Below are positions 36,101 through 48,007 of a DNA stretch of 64,000 nt, piece by piece. Both the position numbers and the translations under genes were made by a program. Below the pieces are notes generated by a model. It was given only the letters and a program-made list of their open reading frames with translations, had not been told where the DNA came from and searched no databases. The first letter of the stretch is position 1. Every line of letters begins with the position of its first letter. This DNA is from an uncultured Planctomycetota bacterium. Lineage in GTDB: Bacteria > Planctomycetota > Planctomycetia > Gemmatales > Gemmataceae. The DNA lies in assembly GCA_963849325.1 (NCBI GenBank), contig CAWKHF010000001.1:416001-480000 (forward strand), written 5' to 3'.

Positions 36101-39100
36101 CCAGTTATCTTGGACGGTGAAGTGGGTAAGCTTCAATGCGGCCACGGCCCGAAGCCGTGGAGAACGTGGAATTGATACCCACCACCGGAGCTTGCACGAC
36201 AGCTTCAATGCGGCCACGGCCCGAAGCCGTGGAGAACTCGCCGCGTTGTGCGGCTGAACGCACCGGAGCAATCTGGGCTTCAATGCGGCCACGGCCTGAA
36301 GCCGTGGAGAACCAACGGTCCGGTGATTGGCAAGGTTTCGATACGAGAGCTTCAATGCGGCCACGGCCCGAAGAGCCGTGGAGAACCCACCGTTATTGCC
36401 GTGGTTCTCCTCGCACCTACATTAGCTTCAATGCGGCCACGGCCTGAAGCCGTGGAGAACAACCTCGCAACGCCTGCGATGACGGGACGAAATTCTGGCT
36501 TCAATGCGGCCACGGCCCGAAGCCGTGGAGAACTCGCGTTGCATCGGTGCAGGTGTCTGCTGCCACTTGGCGCTTCAATGCGGCCACGGCGAAGCCGTGG
36601 AGAACGCCAGGGAGGCCGGCCGCACGTCGGAATCGATCATGCTTCAATGCGGCCACGGCCTGAAGCCGTGGAGAACCCTGGCGCAAACGGCGACGGGCCT
36701 GCCGGGGCAGATGCTTCAATGCGGCCACGGCCCGAAGCCGTGGAGAACCTTATCAGACTGCAGAGCTTTCACCATTATGTTGTCCAAGCTTCAATGCGGC
36801 CACGGCCTGAAGCCGTGGAGAACCTGGCGGCGGCATGGAACACCGAGTCGGTATTCCAACGCTTCAATGCGGCCACGGCCTGAAGCCGTGGAGAACGTCG
36901 CCGTCGATGAGAAGGCGCTGGCCGCCGACTGGCAGCTTCAATGCGGCCACGGCCTGAAGCCGTGGAGAACGCGCGTGCGAACCCCCTGCCGCCGGCCCCC
37001 GGATGGCTTCAATGCGGCCACGGCCTGAAGCCGTGGAGAACTCGCGGCTCAGGATTTCGACGCGCCGGCACCCCGCTGCTTCAATGCGGCCACGGCCTGA
37101 AGCCGTGGAGAACCTTGGCGCGGATGGAACACCGAGTGCGTAGTCCAACGCTTCAATGCGGCCACGGCCCGAAGCCGTGGAGAACAAAAGCTTCGGACGA
37201 ACATCGTCAAGACGGACGCAGGCTTCAATGCGGCCACGGCCCGAAGCCGTGGAGAACCGACGCATCGCTACCACCACTGCTACCGACTAACGCCAGCTTC
37301 AATGCGGCCACGGCCTGAAGCCGTGGAGAACTGGGACAAGGCCGTCGATTTCTGGATCAGCACTGAATGGCTTCAATGCGGCCACGGCCCGAAGCCGTGG
37401 AGAACTGCCACGGCGTCCACCCCGATGATACGCATATTCGCATGCTTCAATGCGGCCACGGCCTGAAGGCCGTGGAGAACATATCCACGTCCACGCTGTG
37501 CCTGGCGATCATCATCGCGGCTTCAATGCGGCCACGGCGTGAAGCCGTGGAGAACGACGATGGTCGCGGGTCGACTGGGGCGAAAGGATGCGAGCTTCAA
37601 TGCGGCCACGGCCTGAAGCCGTGGAGAACCACTGCGGACATGGTAGTGTCGCCAGGTGATGTACGCTTCAATGCGGCCACGGCGATAGCCGTGGAGAACC
37701 TGCGGGATCTGCGTCGTGGCAGCTCCGAGCAACAGGGCTTCAATGCGGCCACGGCCCGAAGCCGTGGAGAACTTGAGTCTGACTGCACGATCACGACACG
37801 CCGCACGAGGCTTCAATGCGGCCACGGCCCGAAGCCGTGGAGAACAGCGATCTGCGGCCTGCATGCGTACAACCCTTGCTCGCGCTTCAATGCGGCCACG
37901 GCCTGAAGCCGTGGAGAACTTCACCCGCTGAACAGGGGCGGTTTCGACACCAGAAGCTTCAATGCGGCCACGGCCTGAAGCCGTGGAGAACGCGATAACG
38001 ACCGATTCACGTGGACGTGACGTTGTCTCGCTTCAATGCGGCCACGGCCTGAAGCCGTGGAGAACTCCGTCAGAAACAGCCGACAGGTCGTCAGACGACG
38101 CCAGCTTCAATGCGGCCACGGCCTGAAGCCGTGGAGAACGACACCAACACCACCACCACCAACTCCACCAACACGCTTCAATGCGGCCACGGCCTGAAGC
38201 CGTGGAGAACTCGAATCTGGTCAGAGAGCCGGATTGACCCCGATAGCTTCAATGCGGCCACGGCCTGAAGCCGTGGAGAACCTGATAGCTTGCGACCCGC
38301 TAAAGGCCGCCACGTGGCTTCAATGCGGCCACGGCCCGAAGCCGTGGAGAACAACGCAATGCTGGCGGCGTGGGCCAACGATGCGACGTGCTTCAATGCG
38401 GCCACGGCCCGAAGCCGTGGAGAACCCAGACTTTCAGGATTGCCGAGTACGCATCTAATAGCTTCAATGCGGCCACGGCCCGAAGCCGTGGAGAACGCGA
38501 CCGAGCAACTGCAACTCGCCTCCATGAAGCCTGCTTCAATGCGGCCACGGCCCGAAGCCGTGGAGAACGTACCATCGACCGCCGCCCCGCAAATCGCCGA
38601 ATAGCTTCAATGCGGCCACGGCCCGAAGACCGTGGAGAACTAGGCTCGATGCTGGGGCTGTGGCCGCATCGGTCGGAGCTTCAATGCGGCCACGGCCCGA
38701 AGCCGTGGAGAACTCGCGACCGACGCCGGCCGTACCGATCGAGGAGTGCTTCAATGCGGCCACGGCCCGAAGACCGTGGAGAACCCAACCTTGGGCGATA
38801 CTGTTGCATCCTCTGGCCTGCTTCAATGCGGCCACGGCCCGAAGCCGTGGAGAACGCACCAGTTGCCGAACGCCACCATTGCCCCTCGGTACCGCTTCAA
38901 TGCGGCCACGGCCCGAAGACCGTGGAGAACCCACGTCCCCAAAGGCACGCCGGGCCAAGGAAGGTCAGCTTCAATGCGGCCACGGCCCGAAGACCGTGGA
39001 GAACGCCCTGGGTCACGCATTTGCTCGCCGAATTTGCTCCAGCTTCAATGCGGCCACGGCCCGAAGACCGTGGAGAACCAGCGTGGGGTGTTGGTCGAGC

Positions 39101-40175
39101 AAAAGTGGGCTGACAGCTTCAATGCGGCCACGGCCCGAAGACCGTGGAGAACTTGAATACTCGCAATATACACGTCCCGAGTTGACGCTTCAATGCGGCC
39201 ACGGCCCGAAGACCGTGGAGAACGGCAAGTCGCTCTGGCAAACGGCCCCCGTTCTGCCCGTGCTTCAATGCGGCCACGGCCCGAAGACCGTGGAGAACTC
39301 CGATTGAAGCTCTTGGTGAAGCCGCAAAGCTGAGTGCTTCAATGCGGCCACGGCCCGAAGACCGTGGAGAACCCGCCGGGCATTGGAGCGCATCGGCCTC
39401 CGATTGCAGGCTTCAATGCGGCCACGGCCCGAAGACCGTGGAGAACAATGACGCTGTGCTCCGCCTTGCTCTGGCCGATTTGGCTTCAATGCGGCCACGG
39501 CCCGAAGACCGTGGAGAACGCAGCTCGTCTGCAACCGGCTTGCCCATCACCACGAGCTTCAATGCGGCCACGGCCCGAAGACCGTGGAGAACTCGGCCGG
39601 CGAGAGAAGCAATTCCTCGATTTGGCGCGTGCTTCAATGCGGCCACGGCCCGAAGACCGTGGAGAACGAACTCCCATTCGAGATTGTGAGCTTTTCCGGC
39701 GAGCTTCAATGCGGCCACGGCCCAAGACCGTGGAGAACCCTTGATGACAAGGCGGAACCCCATAAACATCGTCCCAGCTTCAATGCGGCCACGGCCCGAA
39801 GACCGTGGAGAACATCGCAACCGAGGGTCACACCGAGTCCAACACGTTTCGGCTTCAATGCGGCCACGGCCCGAAGACCGTGGAGAACGGAACCATCCCT
39901 ATGCACGCCTGGGGGGGATCAAGGCTTCAATGCGGCCACGGCCCGAAGACCGTGGAGAACGTCTGAGGTCGAATCGCCGGCGTCAGGCGAAGGCTGCTTC
40001 AATGCGGCCACGGCCCGAAGACCGTGGAGAACGCAGCCGCTCGTGCCTTGCCTCGACGTGCCGACAGCATGCTTCAATGCGGCCACGGCCCGAAGACCGT
40101 GGAGAACGCTGCCGCATGGGTGCGCGTGGCGACGAGTCGCTTCAATGCGGCCACGGCCCGAAGACCGTGGAGAAC

Positions 40176-40450
40176 CGCTCGCGTTGCAAGCGGTGTATTT
40201 CACGCTCGTTAGAGCGTGCTCTGCGAGCAGGCTGAGGAATTGGAGGAACAGAGGAAGCAGAGGAAACAGTTCCTCATTCGTCAACTCCTGCCGGCGACAG
40301 ATGTTCGGCGACGCGAGCGGCTCGCGGGCCAAGCAAACAACGCATCTCCTCAATTGTCAAAGACCAGCGCCACGGAGACCGGGCGAACACGATTGCAGCA
40401 CCTTGGCGTTCGCGGCATCGATGCGAGAAGAACGGCGTGACCGACAGCGA
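40176..40450 (-). promoter_or_regulatory. CRISPR leader
   Basis: Non-coding stretch between csb2 and the first repeat; TTGACA-containing motif at 40350-40376 (minus strand) and GCGAGC direct repeats. Confidence 0.7.
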
Positions 40451-41263
40451 TCATTCGGTTGGGAGGAACAGGCCCAGACCGAAATGAGAGGCGTGGCCCA
40501 GACAAAGCGGCCCCGCCAACTCGCGGTCGAACTCCAGGCGGAACGCCGCCGTCGCTCGATTGGCCCCGTCGTCGCCCGGTTTGCGGCGGCCGCGACGGAA
40601 CTGAAGCGGCCGGAACGAACAGGTGCGGCCTACGTGATCCAAGACAGTATAGGCGGCCGATGCACCGGCCGCCAGGGTGGGTTGACGGCGGAGCCAGCGT
40701 TGGCTTTCTTCGGCAAGGACGCGGGCCGCGAAGTGCGGCCGGCCCGTGAGACCGTGACAGTCGGGCGGGTCTTTCTGACGGCCGCGTTTCTTGGGGCAGC
40801 GCGTGACGACAAACGGCGTGGCCGACTCCCAGACGCGGGCGGGACCAAACAGGCGACAGCGGAAATCCTCCGGCCGGCCCAGCCCCACCAGCAGCACCTG
40901 CAACGGGTCGCCCTCCCCCCAGGGCAGCCGCCGCACGGCTTGGAGGGCCGCCAGCTCGTCGGGGCCGAATCCCTCCGCGGCGTAGACGGTTACGTGATCG
41001 AGGCGGCTGGCGTCGTTCTCGGCCGTGGGCAGATAGTAGGCGTGGTCGTGGGAGTTCAGCGGCCGACCCGTTTCATCCTTTCCGGAAAACACCCGCGAGT
41101 AGAACTGCTGCGGATATCGCTTGGCGGCGTTTCCGTATCTGCGACGGTGCAGAAAGCGCTGAAAGCGATGCATGAGCACATGCCGAAACGCCTCGGCCAC
41201 TGGGAGGGTTTCGGTCACAAGTGGTAGCACCGGGCCGTCGAGCAGGAAGCGGGCGATCGTCAT
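40451..41263 (-). CDS. csb2: Csb2 (type I-G Cas5/Cas6 fusion), C-terminal Cas6-like portion only
   Basis: SGKD...HDHAYYLP, VWESATPF and GPLCLGHASHFGLGLF Gly-rich loop. About 270 aa from ATG 41263 (frame open to 41455); no N-terminal Cas5-like half seen. Confidence 0.85.
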   Translation of the reverse strand: MTIARFLLDGPVLPLVTETLPVAEAFRHVLMHRFQRFLHRRRYGNAAKRYPQQFYSRVFSGKDETGRPLNSHDHAYYLPTAENDASRLDHVTVYAAEGFGPDELAALQAVRRLPWGEGDPLQVLLVGLGRPEDFRCRLFGPARVWESATPFVVTRCPKKRGRQKDPPDCHGLTGRPHFAARVLAEESQRWLRRQPTLAAGASAAYTVLDHVGRTCSFRPLQFRRGRRKPGDDGANRATAAFRLEFDRELAGPLCLGHASHFGLGLFLPTE

Positions 41264-41433
41264 TAAGGCAGTGCCAGGTTTCTCGGTAACCACGACACGA
41301 AATGGGCGGTCATAGGGAACCGCTTCAAGTGTCGCGGAATCCAACGTCGGAACCACAATCGGTGTGATCCGATTGTCCGAGGCCTCTGTGTCAGGCCGCC
41401 GGCGACGCGAACCCCTTCTTGGCCTGCCCATGC

Positions 41434-43766
41434 CTAGCTCCTTGTTCGTTTCCACCCTGTGCTGACATCATAAAGTTGAACGGCGAGGCTCATTGGGACA
41501 TGAACGATCTGTGATTCTTGCGACGCCTGGTCAATAGAGTAACCATATCGCTTGGGAACCTCAACGATCCGTTGCCCTAATTCAGGCTGCAGTTTCCGAA
41601 GCCGTCCCCGGCGCTGTCCAGGATCGGATAGCGCGTTCGCTTCCCGGAACTGCCGCCAAACGTCGGCGTCGGCAATGTCAACTTCGACGAAGTGCGCAAC
41701 CGCATCCTGACGTTCGTCGATGAGTCGAACCGCTTTGTCTTGGTCCTTTGCATCGATTCCTTCCCCACGGAGAGAGGCAAACTCCCACTGCTGAACCGCC
41801 TCCATGACCTTGTGAAAGGTGTCCGACCCGGTTCGGCTGGCGACGAGCCTGAAATATTCACCCACGCTCTCTTGGAGTCTTGGCTCGGGTACGGGCGTCC
41901 CTTGACCGGCAGCTCTTTCCAGAACCTCTCGCGGCACCCATCTCCTTGTTGCCATAGATCAGGTTGCCGGTATCTCCTTCCACTCTGACCAGGAAAACCT
42001 GGCCGCGGCGTCCCGTGCCGTGCCGGTTACACCGTCCGGCGGCCTGAACCACGGCGTCTAGGGGGGCCAGCGCTCGGAAAACCACGTCGAAGGACAGATC
42101 GACACCTGCCTCCACCACCTGAGTGGCGATGAGAAGATGCGGCCTACCGTGGCACTTTACGATCTGTTGTAAGATCTTCTTCCGGTCCAGCGGTCGCAAG
42201 TTTGTGGAAAGGTGAAAGACTGGATTATCGGAAACGCCGGGCAGCACCTTACCAAGGCGCATAGGTCGAGGGCTTCCTGGATGGTGTTCACGATGACAAG
42301 GCAAGACGGCTGCTTCGGGTCCGTTACCACATTGCGAATCCGATCAGCCAAGGCGACGAGGCTCACTGGCTGCCCCGTCTGCACATGGAGGTCGTAACGG
42401 TCGAATGCAACCGCCAGCGTTTCAGCCAAGGTCGGGCGCAGCTCGCTCACATCGGTTGCCTCGAAGATGGCCGGTTGGGTAGCCGTTACCAGCAGTACAT
42501 CGGTTCCCCATTGATCGCTCAGTGCTCGCAGCGCGGTGTTGATAAGCCGCCAGAACTTGGCGGGGATGGCTTGCACCTCGTCAAGGATTAAGATGGAACC
42601 AGCCAGGCGGGCAAATCGCCTCGTGTCGGCGACAGTTCCGTGGAACAGGGCGTTTACGACCTGGACGAACGTAGTGCAGATGATGTCGGCTCGCCATCCT
42701 TCGACCCAACTCCGAGCAAGCGACTGCTCGCCGCTCCGCGCCAGCTCGCCCGGCTCCGCGACGTGGTGGTGAACTGCCAGAGTGCTTTCGTCTGGCTCGT
42801 CATCTCCCCATATGCGGCGCAGCACAGACGCGTTCTGGTCGATGATGCTTGTAAACGGCAGCGCGTAGACGATCGGGCACGGGGGAAGGCCAGCGCCAAT
42901 GCGCGCCTCGCGACGCCGGAGCGCCCACCCCAGGGCCGCGAGGGTCTTCCCCGCCCCAGTGGGAACCGTCAAGCTCCATAGGTGGCCCGAGTCGAGCTGG
43001 TCGGAGGTTTGCCCGATCCACGGCGGCCTGATACACGTGTTCTCGTGCCTGAACGACACGCGGGTCGGCCGCTGGACCGAAGTTGGCGGCGGTTCGGAAC
43101 CGCTCCAAGTGGGCAATCGTGAATCGAAGGGGTGCTTTGAAGAGATCAGGTGCGAACCCTGTCGCGGAATCTCGATCTGCCTCAATCAACAGGCCGAACC
43201 AACGCAGCGCGTCCTGGAACCTCTTCATGGCGGCCAACCCGGATGGCCCTTGCCGAAAAGCGGTAGACGAGCTGCACCCGCAGCTTGGCCCATCGCAAGT
43301 CGAGGTCCGGCTTCTGGACCGGCTCGCCAAGACTTGCGGCAAGCCAGGTCGCCGCGCCTTCAAGATCCAGGGCTTGAAGTTGCTTCGCCCACAGGCCACG
43401 CGCCACATCGTCGGATGGGGGCAGTGATTCCAGCGCGTTCTTCAACCCCGTGTGGTGGTGCGCCACCATCAGATACGCCAAGACCGTTTGGTCTATGGTC
43501 AGGCCATGAGCGGCGACCTTGGGTAACAGGTGGTTAAGCAGCCAGACGGCCCCAAGGTGGGCGTGCTGCTTCAACCGGAGATCGCTGACAGGTTGACCCT
43601 TCAGGTAGTGCTGGAAGTGTTCTGTCCCTTTTGCCACGTCATGGAACAGGCCGGCGATCCGACCCAACCAGCCACAGGCGGTTAGCCGATTCGCCACGTC
43701 TTGAAGGTGGCCGGTCAGGGGCTTGCCTGGGTGCGATTCACAGAGCCGAAAAGCAGGTGCCATCAT
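41434..43766 (-). CDS. cas3: Cas3 HD nuclease-helicase (several frameshifts)
   Basis: SHP..HL, FHDVAK and HH in the HD domain; PTGAGKT, DEVQ, TAT, ATQVVEAGVD and QAAGRCNRHG. Confidence 0.92.
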
Positions 43767-44475
43767 CGCACCTCCAATACGTGCGCATGGTAGCCGTGAT
43801 CGAGCCGCCGGTCGTTTCAAGTAGGTACTCTTCGTACCGCTCCACCTGCCGCGTCGGCAGCATTTCGGCCGGCATGCGAATCCGCTGGTAGACGGCTTCC
43901 TCGTCCCAACGAATGTCCTGTAGATCCGCGGTGCGGATGGGCGATACAAAACGCTGATGCCCGGCCCCGTCGCGGACCTCCTCCGCCTGAACAGTTCGGA
44001 CCACATCCCCGAACCATGCGATCATCCATGCCAGACCGAGGCAAGGGGTGTAATTCGTCATGCCCCGGCGCAGGGTCGTCGCCAACCGCGAACCGAGTTC
44101 GGGATGGCTGAACCAAACCCGATACCGTGGCTCGCGGATGATCTCATACCGCATGATCGTATGCGGGTTCACCGACTTGGGCCGGAAGGTCTGGATGCCA
44201 AGCACGGTCGGCGTTCCCTTGGTGTCGAGAAGGTTGAGCGAAACGTGCCCGGTGCGCAGCGGCGCGAGCATCTGGAGGGCGAATATCGCCTGGGAATCCC
44301 GAAACTGCTCCAGGGAATCATTCTTCGGCAGCCCCAGCACCGCCCCGACGAGACCACAAAGCGCCGTTCGCGGCGGCGCCGGGAAGCTCAGCGCCGTCGT
44401 GATGGCGTACGGCCGCCGGAAGTGGGCCATGTCCGACAGCACATCGAAGACAATGAACTCGCGCGGCATGGTCAT
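43738..44475 (-). CDS. cas5: Cas5 (I-B Cas5h-like)
   Basis: AHFRRPY..TALSFPAPPRTALCGLVGAVLG and YTPCLG. Confidence 0.92.
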   Translation of the reverse strand: MTMPREFIVFDVLSDMAHFRRPYAITTALSFPAPPRTALCGLVGAVLGLPKNDSLEQFRDSQAIFALQMLAPLRTGHVSLNLLDTKGTPTVLGIQTFRPKSVNPHTIMRYEIIREPRYRVWFSHPELGSRLATTLRRGMTNYTPCLGLAWMIAWFGDVVRTVQAEEVRDGAGHQRFVSPIRTADLQDIRWDEEAVYQRIRMPAEMLPTRQVERYEEYLLETTGGSITATMRTYWRCDDGTCFSAL

Positions 44476-45473
44476 TCCAGGTTTAGTGCTTCGGCCGGCA
44501 GGCCCAGGAAGATCCTGTCCGTCGGCTCCGAGGAAAAAGGCAAACGTTTGTCCCAGGCGTAGCGGACTCGTTCGATCCGCTCCTTCTTCCTGTCCAGGGC
44601 CGCCGCGAGTTCACCGAGTTGAAGCGCCACCTCGCGCACTTCGCGGATCTGCTCATCGCGGAGCGTCTGCCTACCTTCCTTCGCCGTTGCCGTGATGGTC
44701 AAGAACCGATCCAGCCGGCCGATGTACGCATTCGGTTCCTTGTATTCGATGACCAGCAGCAACAACGGACGCTGACCGATCTTGGATCGGCTGATGAGGT
44801 TTTTCGTCCCGTACCATATGCCTTTGTACAGTTCCTCGACATCCGCGTCCGTCAGTTTGGTCGTTGTCGCCGCTTGCTGGTTCACGATGCCGTAGAAGGC
44901 GATGAGGGCGTAGGGGAGGATGTACTCCTCGCGGAATGTCCTCTGCTGAGCGCCTTGACCTGACGCGAACGCACCGGTCCCCTTGATGAACCGTGGTTCG
45001 ACGCGGTGCAGGCTGGTACCCATTGCGAACTGAACCGGTCCTGTCAGCGTGACGCTGGAGTCTTTTTCATTTTTTTGGATTTTGGAAACCGGAATCGTGG
45101 CGCCGAAGAGCCGCACGTCGATGCACTCCTTGATGACGCCGGCCTGAATCAGGTCGCGCTTCTGTAAGACATTCGTGGCCTTTTCCCTGGCTTCCTTGGC
45201 GACCTTCTGGAAAAAGTCTTCCGCCCGGTCCTTCCCCTCTTGGATGGTGCCGTCCGGCTTCTCGATCTCCCGACAGAAGATCTCCTGCTTGCCGTAGTCA
45301 TGCAAGTAGTCGCGGATCGTGCGCTTCAGACGCACGTCGGACACTTTGGCCCGGCCGGTTTCCAGGTCCATGCGCGGCCGATTCTCGTCGTTGGGGTCGC
45401 CGTTGGGGTTGGCGTCCGTGATGTCGTAGACGAACAGAATCTCGCTGCGCCGGCTGACCGTCTCAGTCTTCAT
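44472..45473 (-). CDS. cas7: Cas7 (Csh2 family, type I-B)
   Basis: NPNGDP..ENRPR, SDVRLKRTIRDY, DVRLFGAT, TGPVQF and SRSK. Confidence 0.95.
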   Translation of the reverse strand: MKTETVSRRSEILFVYDITDANPNGDPNDENRPRMDLETGRAKVSDVRLKRTIRDYLHDYGKQEIFCREIEKPDGTIQEGKDRAEDFFQKVAKEAREKATNVLQKRDLIQAGVIKECIDVRLFGATIPVSKIQKNEKDSSVTLTGPVQFAMGTSLHRVEPRFIKGTGAFASGQGAQQRTFREEYILPYALIAFYGIVNQQAATTTKLTDADVEELYKGIWYGTKNLISRSKIGQRPLLLLVIEYKEPNAYIGRLDRFLTITATAKEGRQTLRDEQIREVREVALQLGELAAALDRKKERIERVRYAWDKRLPFSSEPTDRIFLGLPAEALNLE

Positions 45474-47383
45474 GGATTCGTTTCCTCACTGGTTGCGGGT
45501 AAGGTTCCTTCGTCTTCCTGTTCCTTGGCGAGCCTAGATCGCAGGGCGTGCCCCAGGGCGAAGTAATAGGAGATGTCGTCCGGGCCCAATGTCCAGCGTT
45601 CCGCCGTCGCGGCCAAAGCGGAGGCAGCGCAGCTCAGCAATCCGCTGACGATGCGCTCCTTGTCGGGGCCATATGCCTTGGCTTTGTCCTTGGCGGCGAT
45701 GAACAATCGCTGAACGTCTGGTTGGTTCAAGCGGAAGCCCTTATACTTCCCCTCGAAGGGCGTCGATCCGCGCACCAGGCTCTGGATCGTCTCGATTCGT
45801 CCGCAGCACGCCCCGACCAGGAAGGCTGCCTGGGCAGCGGGGTCGGTACGAAGCCGGCTGGTTTCCGGCGCTTGCTGGAAGAAGTGGCGGACACGATCCG
45901 CCTGCTCGTTACCTCCGTAGTCCACTATCATAGTCGGCTGGCTCCTTTCGTTGTCTCCTCTTGTAAGTTCCTCAAAAAACAGAAGCGACCGGAAGAGATC
46001 GGCGAGCCTGAACGGCCAAGCCTTGCCCTCCAAGTAGTCTTCTTGAACCCAACGCATCCCGATCTCGACCATGCGGTCGGCGCGATGTGGTCGGATCTCC
46101 AAGGCTGGCGAGTGGCTGAAAGAAAGTCATCGTCGAAGGTGCTACCGCCGCGTGCCGCAGGATAGATGTTTCTGAAGCAGCCGAAGGTAAACCTCCCTTC
46201 GGTGAAGGTCTTTGGGCTCGGCGGTTGAAGCCAGGGATGACGATCAACCCGATCCTGCGCACGGAAGAGTTCCCGGAATCGGGACGGTAGTAAGCCGAAC
46301 ACGGTAGAGCGCTGGCCGGAACGACTGCGGGTCGGGTTGGTAAAAGAGCAGGTCGAGTTGTAGCCGGTTGTTCTCCTCCGCAATGATCTCGAACAGGTCG
46401 TCCTCCGCATCCGTGAGCCGTTTCGATGCCTTGCGATCCACACGAGCGCTGGCTAATCGGTTCAGGGATTGGTAGGTGTCGGTCGCTGCCAGCCGCACCG
46501 AGGCCGGCAACATCAGATACTTGAAGCCGTAGTAGTTGAAAGAGAGATCCCTTTTGATTCGTTCACCGGAGAAATCAACCTTGTCACAGCACTCGCGACA
46601 GGCGGGAAAGTTCCGCCAGGCGTCCAGCGCATCGAAACCTCCTGACACAGAGCCGGGTTTGTCCAGCGTGTAAACCTTGAACTGCTGGATTTGGAGCAGG
46701 CCAGATACCTCGGCATCCCGTCTGCCGCAGATACAGCACTGACCCACGCCCTTGACATCACCCCCTATGCCCTTCTTCTTTGATGCAGCTTCCGTCCCTT
46801 TGCGGACTAGCGCCTGCTGGAAGGCTTTGAAGTCACCAACCCATCGGGCCTCGCCTTCCGAAGGCCGCCAGGCCACCGAGAGGATCGCTGGTTTCGTCAG
46901 ATCGGGGTGGGCTTCCCGCAAGCGGATGAAGATGGCCGATCGAGGATCGCTGCCCGCTGACCCCTGTTTGTCCTTGGGAGACTGCAAACGGTCGCGCATG
47001 ACGGCAAGCGCCTCGCACTCGCATGTCGGTAGGTCTTCGCACTGCTCCAACGCTTCATTGATGCTGCGAGCAAGCCGGCTGAGTTTCTTGCCGATTTCCC
47101 CATCGGCCGTGTTCTCCTTGCCCTTCTTGACAGTCGCCATTCCGGTCGTCGGCGTCGCGTCCCACCCGTTCGGCGGTCCTGGTCGGTAGAGGCAGCGCAA
47201 ACGGCGACCCTCGTCGTATTCGTCCACCTGCACCCCCTCAAAGCCGTCGGATGAGAATACGAGCAGCAGGATTTCCTTGGTGCGAAATTTGGCCGACGGG
47301 TCGGCCGCATATTGGATCAGCTGGTCCTTGACCCCTTCTCGTTCGAGGTAGAACTGGCCGAGTTCGGCGAATTGATGTATCAC
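45470..47383 (-). CDS. cas8b: Cas8b large subunit (Csh1/TM1802-like), frameshifted
   Basis: CCICG...YTLDKPG...NFPACREC Zn motif; C-terminal AFLVG...Q...YYFALG Cas11-like region; first gene of the cas7/cas5/cas3 operon. Confidence 0.85.
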
Positions 47384-47544
47384 CGGGTAGACCCTCTTGA
47401 TAGCCCGCGATTGTCGAGTCAGCCGCCACCCGCTTTACGGTCACCACGTCCTTGGCACTCACCTCCGTCGGTTGGCTGAGTTCTCACTTGGTCCATGCGC
47501 TTCGCGCACGAACGAACGATCTACAGCCGATCCTCGGTGAGGTG

Positions 47545-47550
47545 TATAAT
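47545..47550 (+). promoter_or_regulatory. Candidate -10 box for mini-array 1 / TA operon
   Basis: Perfect TATAAT in GC-rich DNA, flanked by CTACAGCCG direct repeats at 47521 and 47554. Confidence 0.5.
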
Positions 47551-47598
47551 GTCCTACAGCCGGGCCCGCGAGCATACAAGGGCGGTAGCAGAAATCGC

Positions 47599-47710
47599 CT
47601 TCTCCACGGTCTTCGGGCCGTGGCCGCTTTGAAGCAGGCGTCTGCCAGTGGGACAGTTGACCGACCATAGTGAGTTCTCCACGGCCTTCGGGCCGTGGCC
47701 GCATTGACAG
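47599..47710 (+). CRISPR. Mini-array 1: two degenerate repeats and one 38-bp spacer, opposite orientation to the main array
   Basis: Repeats at 47599-47635 and 47674-47710; spacer at 47636-47673. Confidence 0.9.
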
Positions 47711-47779
47711 GTGCTGCCGACCATCGCCCCTTTCTCTCCCGTACCGTCCGCCCGGTCAGGAGATTGCCGGAGACTGTCC

Positions 47780-48007
47780 ATGACCACCGTTTCCCTTTCG
47801 GAAGCTCAAGCCCATCTGCCGGAACTGTTGGAAAAAGTCGCGGCCGGTCAGGAGGTCGTCATCACGCGCGATGATACGCCGCTCGCCTTGATAACGCCCA
47901 TTTGCACGGCCAATCCGCAACCGCGGTTCGGCAGCTGCAAAGGAATGCTCTCCATCGTGAGTGATGATGAGGAACACCTGGAGCACTTCAAGGAGTACAT
48001 GCCTTGA
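47780..48007 (+). CDS. Phd/YefM-family antitoxin
   Basis: MTTVSLSEAQAHLPELLEKVAAGQEVVITR. Confidence 0.9.
   Translation: MTTVSLSEAQAHLPELLEKVAAGQEVVITRDDTPLALITPICTANPQPRFGSCKGMLSIVSDDEEHLEHFKEYMP

Larger units (their letters stand above)
19192..40175 (-). CRISPR. Giant CRISPR array, 37-bp repeat GTTCTCCACGGTCTTCGGGCCGTGGCCGCATTGAAGC (minus strand), about 260 units, split by IS110
   Basis: Regular repeat-spacer periodicity of about 73 bp with spacers of about 33-43 bp. The ATTGAAGC 3' end and hairpin give minus-strand orientation. The count is estimated from length, not enumerated. Confidence 0.99.

Noticed and set aside
19381-40353. Many ORFs containing MRPRPEDRGE / LQCGHGPKTVEN / FNAATARRPWRT
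   Set aside because: These are translations of the stop-free CRISPR repeat, not genes.
47540-47566. Mini-array 1 spacer targeting the TATAAT promoter (AGGCGTCT versus AGGTGTAT)
   Set aside because: Too many seed mismatches and no recognisable PAM.
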